DNA of 64,000 bases from Escherichia coli (GCF_050920415.1 NZ_CP169309.1), one strand, 5' to 3'. Positions 15,696 to 30,644 are shown, numbered from the stretch's first letter. Notes: generated by a model from the sequence alone, not told the origin. Program-made: numbers and translations.

Positions 15696-17766
15696 TCTGG
15701 CCGCGATGCTGCGCCTGCCCGCAAACCTGAAATCGACACAATGGCAGATCCTTGCCGGACCGATTTTGATCCTGTTGATCTTGTCGATGATGGTGCTGCC
15801 ACTGCCCGCATTCATACTCGACCTGCTGTTCACCTTCAATATTGCCTTGTCGATCATGGTGTTGCTGGTCGCGATGTTTACCCAGCGCACGCTCGAGTTT
15901 GCTGCGTTTCCGACCATTCTGTTGTTTACCACCCTGTTACGTCTGGCACTTAACGTGGCTTCAACCCGTATCATTTTGATGGAAGGGCATACTGGCGCGG
16001 CGGCGGCAGGGAAGGTGGTCGAAGCGTTCGGTCACTTCCTCGTTGGTGGCAATTTCGCTATCGGTATCGTGGTGTTCGTCATTCTCGTGATCATCAACTT
16101 TATGGTTATTACCAAAGGTGCCGGGCGTATCGCAGAAGTAGGCGCGCGCTTTGTTCTCGATGGTATGCCAGGAAAGCAGATGGCGATTGATGCCGACCTT
16201 AACGCCGGATTGATTGGTGAAGATGAGGCGAAAAAACGCCGCAGTGAAGTCACTCAGGAAGCCGATTTTTACGGCTCAATGGACGGGGCAAGTAAGTTTG
16301 TTCGCGGCGATGCCATCGCCGGGATCCTCATCATGGTCATTAACGTTGTCGGCGGATTGCTGGTCGGTGTGCTGCAACATGGCATGAGCATGGGACATGC
16401 GGCGGAAAGTTATACGCTATTGACCATTGGTGACGGTCTGGTAGCACAAATTCCGGCGCTGGTGATTTCTACCGCCGCGGGGGTTATCGTTACGCGCGTC
16501 AGCACTGATCAGGATGTTGGCGAACAGATGGTGAATCAGCTTTTCAGTAACCCGAGCGTTATGTTGTTAAGCGCCGCCGTGCTCGGTTTACTCGGCCTGG
16601 TGCCTGGAATGCCGAACCTGGTATTTTTGCTGTTCACTGCCGGATTGCTGGGGCTGGCCTGGTGGATCCGCGGACGCGAACAAAAAGCGCCTGCCGAACC
16701 AAAACCGGTAAAAATGGCAGAGAATAATGCCGTTGTCGAAGCAACGTGGAACGATGTTCAACTGGAAGATTCTCTGGGAATGGAAGTGGGTTATCGACTG
16801 ATCCCGATGGTCGATTTTCAGCAGGATGGTGAACTACTGGGTCGTATTCGCAGTATTCGCAAGAAATTTGCTCAGGAAATGGGCTTTCTGCCGCCGGTAG
16901 TACACATTCGCGACAATATGGATCTGCAACCTGCCCGCTACCGTATTTTGATGAAAGGCGTGGAGATAGGCAGTGGTGATGCATATCCGGGGCGCTGGTT
17001 GGCAATAAACCCAGGTACCGCAGCTGGAACGTTACCTGGAGAGGCGACCGTCGATCCGGCATTTGGTCTGAATGCTATCTGGATTGAAAGTGCGCTAAAA
17101 GAACAGGCGCAGATTCAAGGGTATACCGTGGTTGAGGCCAGCACGGTGGTGGCTACGCATCTTAACCACCTCATAAGCCAGCATGCCGCAGAGCTGTTTG
17201 GTCGTCAGGAGGCGCAACAGCTGCTGGATCGTGTCGCTCAGGAGATGCCAAAGCTGACGGAAGATCTCGTTCCTGGCGTCGTCACGCTCACCACACTGCA
17301 TAAAGTGCTGCAAAATCTCCTCGATGAAAAAGTCCCGATTCGCGATATGCGCACTATTCTCGAAACGCTGGCGGAACATGCGCCCATCCAAAGCGATCCA
17401 CATGAATTAACCGCCGTCGTGCGCGTGGCGTTAGGACGGGCTATAACCCAGCAGTGGTTTCCTGGCAAAGATGAAGTCCATGTTATTGGCCTCGATACAC
17501 CGCTGGAACGTTTGTTACTACAGGCCTTGCAGGGTGGGGGCGGACTGGAGCCTGGGCTGGCGGATCGTTTACTGGCACAAACTCAGGAAGCGCTATCCCG
17601 TCAGGAGATGCTGGGTGCGCCGCCAGTATTATTGGTGAACCACGCGCTGCGACCATTATTGTCTCGCTTCCTGCGTCGCAGCCTGCCGCAGTTAGTGGTG
17701 CTGTCGAATCTGGAACTATCAGATAACCGACATATCCGTATGACGGCGACGATTGGCGGCAAATAA
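15688..17766 (+). CDS. flhA: Flagellar export apparatus protein FlhA
   Basis: 692 aa, MSNLAAMLRLPANLKSTQWQILAGPILILLIL...; 8-nt overlap with flhB. Confidence 0.96.
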   Translation: MSNLAAMLRLPANLKSTQWQILAGPILILLILSMMVLPLPAFILDLLFTFNIALSIMVLLVAMFTQRTLEFAAFPTILLFTTLLRLALNVASTRIILMEGHTGAAAAGKVVEAFGHFLVGGNFAIGIVVFVILVIINFMVITKGAGRIAEVGARFVLDGMPGKQMAIDADLNAGLIGEDEAKKRRSEVTQEADFYGSMDGASKFVRGDAIAGILIMVINVVGGLLVGVLQHGMSMGHAAESYTLLTIGDGLVAQIPALVISTAAGVIVTRVSTDQDVGEQMVNQLFSNPSVMLLSAAVLGLLGLVPGMPNLVFLLFTAGLLGLAWWIRGREQKAPAEPKPVKMAENNAVVEATWNDVQLEDSLGMEVGYRLIPMVDFQQDGELLGRIRSIRKKFAQEMGFLPPVVHIRDNMDLQPARYRILMKGVEIGSGDAYPGRWLAINPGTAAGTLPGEATVDPAFGLNAIWIESALKEQAQIQGYTVVEASTVVATHLNHLISQHAAELFGRQEAQQLLDRVAQEMPKLTEDLVPGVVTLTTLHKVLQNLLDEKVPIRDMRTILETLAEHAPIQSDPHELTAVVRVALGRAITQQWFPGKDEVHVIGLDTPLERLLLQALQGGGGLEPGLADRLLAQTQEALSRQEMLGAPPVLLVNHALRPLLSRFLRRSLPQLVVLSNLELSDNRHIRMTATIGGK

Positions 17767-18158
17767 TGAGAGCCTTATTAGCAATATTATTGTTTCCGCT
17801 GCTGGCGCAAGCCGCCGGGGAGGGGATGTGGCAGGCGAGCAGTGTGGGCGTTACGTTGAATCACCGTGGTGAATCGATGTCGTCAGCGCCTCTTTCTTCG
17901 CGACAACCTGCATCAGGATTGATGACGCTGGTTGCGTGGCGTTATCAGCTTATCGGCCCAACTCCCGTAGGGCTGCGGGTTCGCTTGTGTTCACAATCTC
18001 GTTGTGTCGAATTAGAGGGGCAGAGCGGAACCACCGTGGCCTTTTCCGGTATACCGGCGGCAGAACCGTTGCGATTTATCTGGGAAGTGCCTGGCGGCGG
18101 GCGGTTAATTCCGCCGCTAAAAGTACAACGTAATGAAGTGATTGTGAATTATCGCTGA
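17766..18158 (+). CDS. flhE: Flagellar protein FlhE
   Basis: 130 aa with signal peptide MRALLAILLFPLLAQAAGEG. Confidence 0.93.
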   Translation: MRALLAILLFPLLAQAAGEGMWQASSVGVTLNHRGESMSSAPLSSRQPASGLMTLVAWRYQLIGPTPVGLRVRLCSQSRCVELEGQSGTTVAFSGIPAAEPLRFIWEVPGGGRLIPPLKVQRNEVIVNYR

Positions 18159-18278
18159 AGGACAAATAAAAATTACGCGCTCGCGGCATGTTTAATAACT
18201 CAGTGAAAAAGGCTCGATGTTTTATTGCAATTATTTATCAGGAATAGCTTGCAACAAAACATGCCAAAAATATGTGAA

Positions 18279-18788
18279 TTATCCTCTTGTCAAAGGGCTT
18301 GGATAAAAATCTTCAGAGTTACGGTATAACTGCAACTGGCGAGTTCGCGTATTGGTCTGTATGATCATACATGAGAGCCATTCTGATTCAGAATAAGGGT
18401 CACTTAAATCCTGAACGTCTTCATTTGAAAGGATTAATTCACATTCTTTGTCCCTAAAATCCAGCCAGGCTCGTTGTGATTTTTTAAGCAAGTTAAGTTG
18501 TTCGGTATCAGGTTTTTTGGCACCTGTGCGTGGTACTTGTTCTATATAACGATAAGCTTCACCATAAGCTTTATTTAATTGCGCATCGACGAGATTGTAT
18601 TCTTGTCGCAGGCATGATTTGATCACGTTAATGTCAGTATCATCATCTGAATTTTTTTGCCAACAATCTTTGATGGCTGAAATGTCATGGTCATTGACTA
18701 TAACCGTATCTTCTGCGTAAGCCTGGCAAGAGATAATGCCTAATGTTAATACAAGAAATTTAAACACTGCGGTATTCCTTAAATTCAA
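18279..18788 (-). CDS. yecT: Secreted DUF1311/LprI-like protein (YecT-like)
   Basis: 169 aa, signal peptide, KSQRAWLDFRDKECEL motif; position between flhE and argS as in E. coli K-12; the gene name is assigned from position and memory. Confidence 0.7.
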   Translation of the reverse strand: MNLRNTAVFKFLVLTLGIISCQAYAEDTVIVNDHDISAIKDCWQKNSDDDTDINVIKSCLRQEYNLVDAQLNKAYGEAYRYIEQVPRTGAKKPDTEQLNLLKKSQRAWLDFRDKECELILSNEDVQDLSDPYSESEWLSCMIIQTNTRTRQLQLYRNSEDFYPSPLTRG

Positions 18789-18888
18789 CCGTTATCGTTT
18801 CCCTGGGGCCGGATATTACGCTTCTGGCCTCTTATCCAACAGTGAGAAAACAGTGGCATGTCCATTTTCAGAATACATTTAGATGGCA

Positions 18889-18925
18889 ATAAAAAAGCCT
18901 GATCAGGTAACCCTGATCAGGCTTC
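18889..18925 (-). terminator. Rho-independent terminator downstream of argS
   Basis: GCCTGATCAGG-gtta-CCTGATCAGGC hairpin followed by a T-run on the minus strand. Confidence 0.7.
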
Positions 18926-18943
18926 ACTCTCACGAAAAATCGA

Positions 18944-20677
18944 TTACATACGCTCTACTGTCTCAATACCCAGCGTATCCAGGCCCAGCTTCAGCGTCTT
19001 CGCCGTCAGTTGTGCCAGTTTCAGACGACTGTTACGCACTTCTTCGTTTTCTGCGCTGAGGATCGGGCAGTGCTCGTAGAAGCCAGAGAACAGACCGGCC
19101 AGATCGTACAGGTAAGCACACATCACGTGCGGCGTGCCTTCACGGGCAACCACAGTGAGGGTTTCTTCAAACTGCAGCAGGCGAGCTGCCAGTTGCGCTT
19201 CACGATCTTCACGGATGATTACCGGAGCTGCAGCCAGTTGCTCTTCGTCAATTTCTGCTTTACGGAACACGGACAATACACGCGTGTAAGCATACTGCAT
19301 GTATGGCGCGGTATTACCCTCAAACGCCAGCATGTTGTCCCAGTCGAAGATGTAGTCAGTGGTACGGTTTTTGGAGAGATCTGCGTATTTAACCGCACCA
19401 ATACCAACCGCATTAGCCAGTTTTTCCAGCTCATCGGCTGGCATATCCGGGTTCTTCTCTGCCACCAGACGGCGTGCGCGTTCCAGGGCTTCATCCAGCA
19501 GATCGGCCAGTTTCACCGTACCGCCAGCACGCGTTTTGAACGGTTTGCCGTCTTTGCCCAGCATCATGCCGAACATATGGTGTTCCAGCGGTACGGATTC
19601 CGGCACATAGCCTGCTTTACGGACGATCGCCCACGCCTGCATCAGGTGTTGATGCTGACGGGAGTCGATGTAATACAGCACGCGATCGGCATGCAATGTT
19701 TCATAACGATATTTCGCACAGGCGATATCAGTGGTGGTGTAGAGATAGCCACCATCTTTCTTCTGAATGATCACGCCCATCGGTTCGCCTTCCTTGTTTT
19801 TGAACTCATCAAGGAATACGACGGTTGCGCCTTCGCTTTCTACAGCCAGACCTTTGGCTTTGAGATCAGCCACGATACCCGGCAGCATCGGGTTGTACAG
19901 GCTTTCGCCCATCACGTCATCACGAGTCAGCGTCACGTTCAGACGATCGTAGGTGATCTGGTTCTGCGTCATGGTGATGTCGACCAGTTTGCGCCACATC
20001 TCACGGAAGTATTCGTCACCGCTTTGCAGTTTTACCACGTAGTTACGTGCACGCTCAGCGAACGCTTCATCTTCATCGTAATGCTTTTTCGCATCGCGGT
20101 AGAAACCTTCAAGATCAGCCAGCTCCATTTCACCGGCATTTTCCTGCTGCTGCTTTTCCAGCCATGCAATCAGCATACCGAACTGAGTGCCCCAGTCGCC
20201 GACGTGGTTTGCGCGAATCACTTTGTGACCGAGGAACTCCAGAGTACGCACTGTTGCGTCGCCAATAATGGTAGAGCGCAGGTGACCGACGTGCATCTCT
20301 TTCGCCACGTTTGGCGCAGAGTAGTCAACTACAATGGTCTGTTTTTCTGGCGTAGCAACACCGAGACGATCGGACGCCAGCGCCTGCTGAACATGTTCAG
20401 CCAGGAATGCCGGATCAAGGAAAATGTTGATAAAGCCTGGTCCGGCGATCTCAACCTTGCTGGCGATACCGTTAAGATCCAGATGAGTCAGCACCTGCTC
20501 TGCTAATTGTCGCGGTGCCATACCCAGTTTTTTAGCAACTGCCATCATGCCGTTAGCCTGATAGTCGCCGAACTGAACTTTTGCTGACTGACGAACCTGC
20601 GGTTCGCAATCCGCAGGCGCGCCTGCCGCAATCATGGCCTGACGGACTTTTTCTGAGAGAAGAGCCTGAATATTCAC
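18944..20677 (-). CDS. argS: Arginyl-tRNA synthetase
   Basis: 577 aa, [43 protein letters not shown]...; class I HVGH motif. Confidence 0.97.
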   Translation of the reverse strand: MNIQALLSEKVRQAMIAAGAPADCEPQVRQSAKVQFGDYQANGMMAVAKKLGMAPRQLAEQVLTHLDLNGIASKVEIAGPGFINIFLDPAFLAEHVQQALASDRLGVATPEKQTIVVDYSAPNVAKEMHVGHLRSTIIGDATVRTLEFLGHKVIRANHVGDWGTQFGMLIAWLEKQQQENAGEMELADLEGFYRDAKKHYDEDEAFAERARNYVVKLQSGDEYFREMWRKLVDITMTQNQITYDRLNVTLTRDDVMGESLYNPMLPGIVADLKAKGLAVESEGATVVFLDEFKNKEGEPMGVIIQKKDGGYLYTTTDIACAKYRYETLHADRVLYYIDSRQHQHLMQAWAIVRKAGYVPESVPLEHHMFGMMLGKDGKPFKTRAGGTVKLADLLDEALERARRLVAEKNPDMPADELEKLANAVGIGAVKYADLSKNRTTDYIFDWDNMLAFEGNTAPYMQYAYTRVLSVFRKAEIDEEQLAAAPVIIREDREAQLAARLLQFEETLTVVAREGTPHVMCAYLYDLAGLFSGFYEHCPILSAENEEVRNSRLKLAQLTAKTLKLGLDTLGIETVERM

Positions 20678-20892
20678 CGGAATACCTTACATTGATGAAG
20701 CGAGCAAAAATTGCCCGCACCAGTTAAAGAAATTAGGGCGGGAGTATACTGCAAATGGCTGTTTTCGTCAGCAACGTGCGCGTGGCGTATTGCCGTTTTC
20801 ACCATTGCATCAGAAGCGGCGTGAAATCAGCGGTTGGTTGGCGCAGGGCAACAGGGTAAATTAACGCTTTTACTGAAAGACGAAGAGTGATT

Positions 20893-21459
20893 ATGGCGAA
20901 CTGGCAATCTATCGACGAGCTGCAGGATATTGCATTGGATTTACCGCGATTTACCCACGCATTAGATGAACTTTCTCGCCGTCTTGGGCTGGATATCACT
21001 CCGCTGACTGCCGATCACATTTCTTTGCGTTGCCATCAAAACGTTACCGCTGAACGCTGGCGTCATGGGTTTGAACAGTGCGGCGAGCTTTTGTCAGAAA
21101 ATATGATCAAGGGCAGGCCGATTTGTCTGTTTAAATTGCATGAACCGGTACAGGTGGCTCACTGGCAGTTTTCAATTGTAGAGCTACCGTGGCCTGGGGA
21201 AAAACGTTACCCGCACGAAGGTTGGGAACATATTGAAATCGTTCTGCCAGGTGATCCTGAAACGTTGAATGCCCGTGCGCTGGCATTGCTTTCTGATAAA
21301 GGACTCAGCCTTCCGGGGATCTCGGTTAAAACCAGTTCGCCAAAAGGTGAGCATGAGCGATTACCGAATCCGACGCTGGCGGTCACCGATGGCAAAACGA
21401 CCATTAAATTTCATCCGTGGTCCATTGAAGAGATCGTTGCCAGCGAGCAGTCGGCGTAA
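20893..21459 (+). CDS. yecM: YecM (VOC-fold protein of unknown function)
   Basis: MANWQSIDELQDIALDLPRFTHALDELSRRLGL..., 188 aa. Confidence 0.88.
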   Translation: MANWQSIDELQDIALDLPRFTHALDELSRRLGLDITPLTADHISLRCHQNVTAERWRHGFEQCGELLSENMIKGRPICLFKLHEPVQVAHWQFSIVELPWPGEKRYPHEGWEHIEIVLPGDPETLNARALALLSDKGLSLPGISVKTSSPKGEHERLPNPTLAVTDGKTTIKFHPWSIEEIVASEQSA

Positions 21460-21463
21460 TTAA

Positions 21464-22219
<756 letters not shown>

Positions 22220-22264
22220 TTTTTACCGTTGCATCATGTCGCCCAATATGATGCTTGCTCGTAC

Positions 22265-22298
22265 CAGGCCCCTGCAATTTCAACAGGGGCCTTTTTTT
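22265..22298 (+). terminator. Rho-independent terminator after cutC
   Basis: AGGCCCCTG...CAGGGGCCT hairpin followed by TTTTTTTAT. Confidence 0.7.
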
Positions 22299-22604
22299 AT
22301 CCCCGAAAAGTATAAAAAACGAACGATTTCTGTGATCAGTTGAGCGCGTGACAGTGCGCATAGCGTTGTGCTAAAAATTTTTATATATTCATATTAATTA
22401 TGTAATTTAAATTACTAAAACTGACAAATATATATTCTAAATAACAACTGGGTTATTCCTTAGCAATTAATGATTACATTGTAATAAATCATATTCTTTA
22501 TCGATTATTTCAGGCAGTGTTGTGCCGAATTATGCAAGCGGTCAATTCGTTGTATATTTAATTATACAATGTTTTCGGTGTTCTGGAATTAATTAGAGGA
22601 ATCT

Positions 22605-23705
22605 ATGCGAGGGAAAAAACGCATTGGGTTATTATTTTTGCTGATAACGGTTGTGGTTGGTGGCGGCGGGTTATTACTGGCGCAAAAAGCCTTACATAAA
22701 ACGTCGGATACCGCATTTTGCCTTTCCTGCCACTCGATGAGTAAACCTTTTGAGGAATATCAGGGAACTGTCCACTTTTCTAACCAGAAAGGGATACGTG
22801 CGGAATGTGCCGATTGCCATATTCCAAAGTCAGGGGCGGATTATTTATTTGCTAAATTAAAAGCTTCTAAAGATATTTATCATGAATTTGTTAGTGGCAA
22901 AATAGACAGTGACGATAAGTTCGAAGCGCATCGTCAGGAAATGGCCGAAACAGTATGGAAAGAATTAAAAGCAACTGATTCTGCAACGTGTCGTAGTTGC
23001 CATTCTTTTGATGCCATGGATATTGCCTCGCAAAGTGAATCTGCGCAGAAAATGCATAACAAAGCGCAAAAGGACGGCGAAACCTGTATCGATTGTCATA
23101 AAGGCATTGCCCATTTTCCACCACAAATAAAAATGGATGACAACGCGGCGCATGAGCTGGAAAGTCAGGCCGCTACTTCAGTTACCAATGGCGCACATAT
23201 TTATCCTTTCAAAACTTCTCGCATAGGCGAGCTGGCTACCGTGAATCCTGGTACCGATCTCACCGTCGTTGATGCCAGTGGCAAACAGCCGATCGTTCTG
23301 TTGCAGGGTTATCAAATGCAGGGCAGTGAAAACACGCTCTACCTGGCGGCAGGTCAACGGCTGGCGCTAGCCACATTAAGTGAAGAAGGTATCAAGGCGT
23401 TAACGGTAAACGGGGAATGGCAGGCTGACGAATACGGCAATCAATGGCGTCAGGCGTCTTTACAGGGTGTGCTTACCGATCCCGCATTAGCGGACCGTAA
23501 ACCGCTATGGCAATACGCTGAAAAACTTGACGATACCTATTGCGCTGGTTGCCATGCCCCTATTGCCTCCGACCATTACACCGTCAATGCATGGCCGTCC
23601 ATTGCCAAAGGAATGGGTGCGCGAACCAGCATGAGCGAAAACGAACTGGACATTTTGACGCGGTACTTCCAGTACAACGCCAAAGATATTACCGAGAAAC
23701 AGTGA
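22605..23705 (+). CDS. torY: Membrane-anchored multiheme c-type cytochrome TorY (NapC/NirT family)
   Basis: 366 aa; multiple CxxCH haem motifs (CLSCH, CADCH, CRSCH, CIDCH, CAGCH). Confidence 0.92.
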   Translation: MRGKKRIGLLFLLITVVVGGGGLLLAQKALHKTSDTAFCLSCHSMSKPFEEYQGTVHFSNQKGIRAECADCHIPKSGADYLFAKLKASKDIYHEFVSGKIDSDDKFEAHRQEMAETVWKELKATDSATCRSCHSFDAMDIASQSESAQKMHNKAQKDGETCIDCHKGIAHFPPQIKMDDNAAHELESQAATSVTNGAHIYPFKTSRIGELATVNPGTDLTVVDASGKQPIVLLQGYQMQGSENTLYLAAGQRLALATLSEEGIKALTVNGEWQADEYGNQWRQASLQGVLTDPALADRKPLWQYAEKLDDTYCAGCHAPIASDHYTVNAWPSIAKGMGARTSMSENELDILTRYFQYNAKDITEKQ

Positions 23706-23729
23706 TCCTCGTTGATCAGGGAGGAAGTT

Positions 23730-26159
23730 ATGACATTAACAAGACGTGAATTTATTAAACACAGCGGTATTGCCGCTGGGGCGCTGGTGGTGACATCGGC
23801 TGCACCGTTACCTGCATGGGCAGAAGAGAAGGGCGGCAAAATCCTCACCGCAGGCCGTTGGGGAGCGATGAACGTAGAAGTGAAGGACGGCAAGATTGTT
23901 TCTTCGACAGGCGCGCTGGCGAAAACCATACCGAACTCCTTACAGTCTACGGCGGCTGATCAGGTACATACAACGGCGCGTATTCAGCATCCGATGGTGA
24001 GAAAAAGCTATCTCGATAATCCACTACAACCGGCGAAAGGTCGTGGCGAAGATACTTATGTACAGGTGAGCTGGGAACAAGCATTAAAACTTATTCATGA
24101 TCAACACGATCGCATTCGCAAAGCTAACGGACCATCGGCCATTTTTGCCGGATCTTACGGCTGGCGCTCTTCTGGCGTGTTACATAAAGCGCAAACCTTA
24201 CTGCAACGTTATATGAATCTTGCGGGCGGTTATTCAGGGCATAGCGGCGATTATTCAACCGGGGCGGCACAGGTGATCATGCCGCATGTGGTGGGTTCCG
24301 TGGAGGTGTATGAACAGCAGACCTCCTGGCCGCTGATTCTGGAAAACAGCCAGGTTGTGGTGCTGTGGGGGATGAACCCGCTGAATACCTTAAAAATTGC
24401 CTGGAGCAGTACCGATGAGCAAGGGCTGGAATACTTCCATCAGCTGAAAAAATCTGGCAAACCAGTGATTGCCATTGATCCTATCCGCTCCGAAACCATC
24501 GAATTCTTTGGCAATAATGCCACCTGGATCGCGCCGAATATGGGCACCGACGTGGCACTGATGTTAGGGATTGCACATACCCTGATGACACTAGGCAAAC
24601 ACGATAAAGTGTTCCTTGAAAAATACACCACCGGGTATCCGCAGTTTGAAGAGTATCTGACAGGTAAGAGCGATAAAACGCCGAAGAGCGCGGCCTGGGC
24701 GGCGGAAATTACTGGCGTAGCGGAAGCGCAGATAGTCAAACTCGCTGAACTGATGGCGGCAAATCGCACAATGCTGATGGCAGGCTGGGGAATTCAGCGC
24801 CAGCAATATGGTGAACAGAAACACTGGATGCTGGTGACGCTGGCGGCGATGTTAGGGCAGATTGGTACACCGGGCGGCGGGTTTGGTTTCTCTTATCATT
24901 ACTCAAACGGTGGCAACCCGACGCGTGTTGGCGGAGTGCTGCCGGAAATGTCTGCGGCGATTGCCGGACAGGCCAGCGAGGCCGCTGATGATGGCGGAAT
25001 GACGGCGATTCCTGTTGCCCGTATCGTCGATGCGCTGGAAAATCCTGGCGGCAAATATCAGCATAACGGTAAAGAACAAACGTATCCGAATATCAAAATG
25101 ATCTGGTGGGCGGGTGGCGGTAACTTTACCCATCACCAGGATACTAATCGTCTGATTAAAGCATGGCAGAAACCGGAGATGATCGTCGTTTCTGAATGCT
25201 ACTGGACCGCAGCTGCTAAACATGCAGATATCGTATTACCGATCACCACATCGTTTGAGCGCAATGACTTGACGATGACCGGTGATTACAGCAACCAGCA
25301 TATTGTACCGATGAAGCAGGCTGTCGCTGCGCAATTTGAAGCGCGTAACGATTTTGATGTGTTTGCCGATCTTGCTGAATTACTCAAACCTGGCGGAAAA
25401 GAGATCTATACCGAAGGTAGAGATGAAATGGCGTGGCTGAAATTTTTCTATGATGCCGCTCAGAAAGGTGCGCGTGCGCAACGCGTGACTATGCCGATGT
25501 TTAATGCTTTCTGGCAGCAAAATAAACTGATCGAAATGCGCCGCAGCGAGAAGAACGAACAGTACGTTCGTTATGCTGATTTCCGCGCCGATCCGGTGAA
25601 AAATGCGCTGGGTACGCCAAGCGGCAAAATTGAGATTTACTCCAAAACGCTGGAAAAATTTGGCTATAAGGATTGCCCGGCACACCCAACCTGGCTTGCG
25701 CCTGATGAGTGGAAAGGTTCCGCCGACGAGAAGCAGTTGCAGCTTCTGACCGCACATCCGGCACACCGTTTACACAGTCAGCTTAACTATGCGGAACTGC
25801 GTAAAAAATATGCGGTTGCCGATCGTGAACCGATCACTATTCACACCGAAGATGCTGCTCGCTTTGGTATTGCGAATGGCGATCTGGTGCGTGTCTGGAA
25901 CAAACGTGGTCAGATTCTGACAGGCGCGGTGGTGACTGACGGGATCAAAAAAGGCGTGGTATGCGTGCATGAAGGTGCATGGCCAGATCTGGAAAATGGC
26001 TTGTGTAAAAACGGCAGTGCGAACGTGTTAACGGCGGATATCCCCAGCTCTCAGCTGGCAAATGCCTGTGCCGGTAACTCTGCGCTGGTGTATATCGAAA
26101 AATATACGGGCAATGCACCGAAGTTAACGGCGTTTGATCAGCCAGCTGTTCAGGCATAA
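23730..26159 (+). CDS. torZ: TMAO/biotin-sulfoxide reductase catalytic subunit TorZ (molybdopterin oxidoreductase)
   Basis: Twin-arginine signal [31 protein letters not shown]; about 809 aa from this ATG. Confidence 0.92.
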   Translation: MTLTRREFIKHSGIAAGALVVTSAAPLPAWAEEKGGKILTAGRWGAMNVEVKDGKIVSSTGALAKTIPNSLQSTAADQVHTTARIQHPMVRKSYLDNPLQPAKGRGEDTYVQVSWEQALKLIHDQHDRIRKANGPSAIFAGSYGWRSSGVLHKAQTLLQRYMNLAGGYSGHSGDYSTGAAQVIMPHVVGSVEVYEQQTSWPLILENSQVVVLWGMNPLNTLKIAWSSTDEQGLEYFHQLKKSGKPVIAIDPIRSETIEFFGNNATWIAPNMGTDVALMLGIAHTLMTLGKHDKVFLEKYTTGYPQFEEYLTGKSDKTPKSAAWAAEITGVAEAQIVKLAELMAANRTMLMAGWGIQRQQYGEQKHWMLVTLAAMLGQIGTPGGGFGFSYHYSNGGNPTRVGGVLPEMSAAIAGQASEAADDGGMTAIPVARIVDALENPGGKYQHNGKEQTYPNIKMIWWAGGGNFTHHQDTNRLIKAWQKPEMIVVSECYWTAAAKHADIVLPITTSFERNDLTMTGDYSNQHIVPMKQAVAAQFEARNDFDVFADLAELLKPGGKEIYTEGRDEMAWLKFFYDAAQKGARAQRVTMPMFNAFWQQNKLIEMRRSEKNEQYVRYADFRADPVKNALGTPSGKIEIYSKTLEKFGYKDCPAHPTWLAPDEWKGSADEKQLQLLTAHPAHRLHSQLNYAELRKKYAVADREPITIHTEDAARFGIANGDLVRVWNKRGQILTGAVVTDGIKKGVVCVHEGAWPDLENGLCKNGSANVLTADIPSSQLANACAGNSALVYIEKYTGNAPKLTAFDQPAVQA

Positions 26160-26168
26160 GACGTGAAA

Positions 26169-26188
26169 AGCGCCCGGAAACGGGCGCT
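26169..26188 (+). terminator. Hairpin after torZ
   Basis: GCGCCCG-gaaa-CGGGCGC stem-loop immediately after the torZ stop; no strong T-run. Confidence 0.4.
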
Positions 26189-26210
26189 GAGGTTATGCAA
26201 ACGTAAAACT

Positions 26211-26312
26211 GCCTGATGCGCTATGCTTATCAGACCTACATAGTCCCTGCAACATATTGAATTAAAAAGGCTTTGTAGGCCGGATAAGGCGTTCACGCCG
26301 CATCCGGCAGTA
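26211..26312. repeat. REP (repetitive extragenic palindrome) elements
   Basis: Canonical REP units GCCTGATGCGCTATGCTTATCAGACC and GCCGGATAAGGCGTTCACGCCGCATCCGGCA. Confidence 0.8.
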
Positions 26313-26323
26313 ATACCAGACCT

Positions 26324-28471
<2,148 letters not shown>

Positions 28472-28523
28472 ACAAACTCCCTTTAAAATGGCCGATGGCA
28501 CCTGTCTATGATAGGTGGCAAAT

Positions 28524-29264
28524 TCAGAAAAGAGAAGATTGCTGTGGAATAGCCGGAACTGCTCCGATCTCTGGAAGTGTTTTACGTAAGCCTTCCCACA
28601 GGGTATGTACCAGTTCCGGTGCCTGGGCAATATCTGGCGTATGTAAAAAAAGATAAGGCGTAGTGGTCTGATGCCACTGCGCTAATTTTTGTAACCAAAC
28701 CTGAAACAACTCTCGGTTTTGCGTCATATCATCACTACCGATAAAACGGATCAGCGGATTTGTCGCCGTCAGCACAGCATGTACGGGAACTTTAGGTTTT
28801 TTCCGTTGAGCGTCGCGAATAGCTTCACTGTGTGGGCGTGCTGCATGAACCGGGCGGCTGTCTAAAATCACCCGATTAACGCCGCGCTGATGTAAACCGC
28901 GATTAAGTGTTTGTTCCTCTTCCCCTTTGGCGAAAAACTGTGGATGGCGGACTTCCACACCATAATTAAACTCGCCGGGAAGAGAGTCGAGAAAATGCCA
29001 AAGCGCAGGCAGATCCCGTGGGCCAAATGTGGCAGGCAGTTGCAGCCAGTATTGCCCAATGCGCGGCGCTAACGGTGACAAGCGAGTCAAAAATTCAGTT
29101 ACTAAATCATCGCAATGCCGTAATGCTGCCTGATGCGAAATGGTCGCCGGAAACTTAAAACAGAAGCGAAAATTATCTGTGGTCTGCTCACGCCAGCGCA
29201 GGACAACCTCGGATTTCGGCAGGGCGTAAAGCGTGGTGTTGCCCTCCACACAGTTAACATGACG
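28524..29264 (-). pseudogene. yecE: yecE (DUF72 family) lacking its 5' end, interrupted by the prophage insertion
   Basis: Frame matches E. coli YecE from ...RH-NCVEGNTTLYALPK to the C-terminus; the expected N-terminus (MIYIGLPQWSHPKW...) is absent and the upstream in-frame sequence has no start codon and runs into phage DNA. Confidence 0.7.
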
Positions 29265-29275
29265 GGTATTAAAGG

Positions 29276-30589
29276 CTAACTTACTGATTTTAATAGGCCT
29301 CTTGTGTCACTTTGGTGACTATGGGACATCATTGGGACATAATCTGCCAGCTTCTGATTCAGCATGGCGATCTGTTCTGCATTGCTGTCAGTCATCCATG
29401 CTCCGTATACATTGAACACCATCTGGGCACTTGCATGGCCCATCTGGCTGGCAATGAAGCTTGGATTTGCTCCGGCAGATAATGACCAGCACGCATAAGT
29501 GTGTCGTGACTGGTATGCCTTTCGATGCCTGATGCCTGCATGCTTAATGGCTGTTTCCCATGAGTCGCCAATGGAATCTACTTTGTAGATAAAACCTACC
29601 TGTTTGCTTTTTCTAACCACCTGGGGGTTAAATACGAAAGTACATTCATGATTCACTGAACGTCCATATTCACGTAGTTGAACCTTGATGTGGTGCTGCT
29701 TACCCAGTCTTGTCATTTCAGCCTGATTTTTCAGGACACTGATAGCGGGCTGGATAAGATGCACAACCCTGTTTGTACTTGCCTCAGTTTTAGGTAGAGT
29801 GAACTCGCCGAGTTTCGTATAATTACGCCTGATAGTAATTGTTCCTGCTTTCAGATCGATATCTTCCCATGCCAGGGAGACCAGTTCACCGTGACGCATT
29901 CCTGTGTACACAGCCAATGACCACAGGTTTTTCGTCTGCTGATGTCGGCAGGCATCTATCAGGCGAATAAATTCGTCACGAGTTAGCGGATCTGGTTCTG
30001 CCCTGGCTCTTTTAAGAGGCTTAATTCCCTCGAAGGGATTTGCTTCTAAGTAACCGTGATCTGCAGCAAACTGAAACATTCCAGCGATTGTCGTCATGTA
30101 ATAATTTACAGTAACGACGCTCCGTCCTTTTAGTGCTGCTTTGTTTTTCGTTGAATTCTGATACCCGGTCAGCAAATCTTTCCTGATATACAGCAATTCC
30201 TCTTTGGTTACCGATGACACCAGTCTGCTGCCTCCAATTTTCGGAACCATCGTTCTTGCAACGGATTCATAGCGATTGAATGCATTTGCAGAGATTTCCA
30301 TTCGTTTCAGATCCAGCCACTTTTCTTCAAGTTCTTTCACCGTAATTTCTTTTTTACTTACCCCAAAAGCCTGAAGGTTAGGGGAGTCAGGGAACTGTGC
30401 AGCATAATCAAAGCTTCCTGTGCGGATGGCAAAACATACCGATGTCCGCAGTTCCCCGGCGATCTTCCTGTTCTTGGCAGTGTCAGGGACACCAAGATTT
30501 TCCCTGACACGTTTACCTTTAAAATTAAACCAGATGCGTAATGTGCCGCCGTGGTTTTCGACGCCTGTTGGATATTTGACTTTATCCAT
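29276..30589 (-). CDS. int: Phage integrase (tyrosine recombinase)
   Basis: 437 aa; arm-binding N-terminus (GTLRIWFNFKGKRVRE) and C-terminal catalytic region; GGAGG RBS 6 nt upstream. Confidence 0.9.
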   Translation of the reverse strand: MDKVKYPTGVENHGGTLRIWFNFKGKRVRENLGVPDTAKNRKIAGELRTSVCFAIRTGSFDYAAQFPDSPNLQAFGVSKKEITVKELEEKWLDLKRMEISANAFNRYESVARTMVPKIGGSRLVSSVTKEELLYIRKDLLTGYQNSTKNKAALKGRSVVTVNYYMTTIAGMFQFAADHGYLEANPFEGIKPLKRARAEPDPLTRDEFIRLIDACRHQQTKNLWSLAVYTGMRHGELVSLAWEDIDLKAGTITIRRNYTKLGEFTLPKTEASTNRVVHLIQPAISVLKNQAEMTRLGKQHHIKVQLREYGRSVNHECTFVFNPQVVRKSKQVGFIYKVDSIGDSWETAIKHAGIRHRKAYQSRHTYACWSLSAGANPSFIASQMGHASAQMVFNVYGAWMTDSNAEQIAMLNQKLADYVPMMSHSHQSDTRGLLKSVS

Positions 30590-30644
30590 CGATACCTCCA
30601 GACGCCCAAGAGCGATACGAGCTTACATATTTCATGATATTAAA

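Noticed and set aside
15117-15974. 285-aa minus-strand ORF overlapping flhB and flhA
   Set aside because: Antisense to two well-identified flagellar export genes; Arg/Ser-rich composition with no start context; shadow ORF.
19010-20506. 498-aa plus-strand ORF antisense to argS
   Set aside because: Lies entirely within the argS coding region, whose product is unmistakably ArgS; the translation is low-complexity (His/Phe/Cys/Val-rich) with no recognisable domain, typical of a shadow ORF on the opposite strand of a highly expressed gene.
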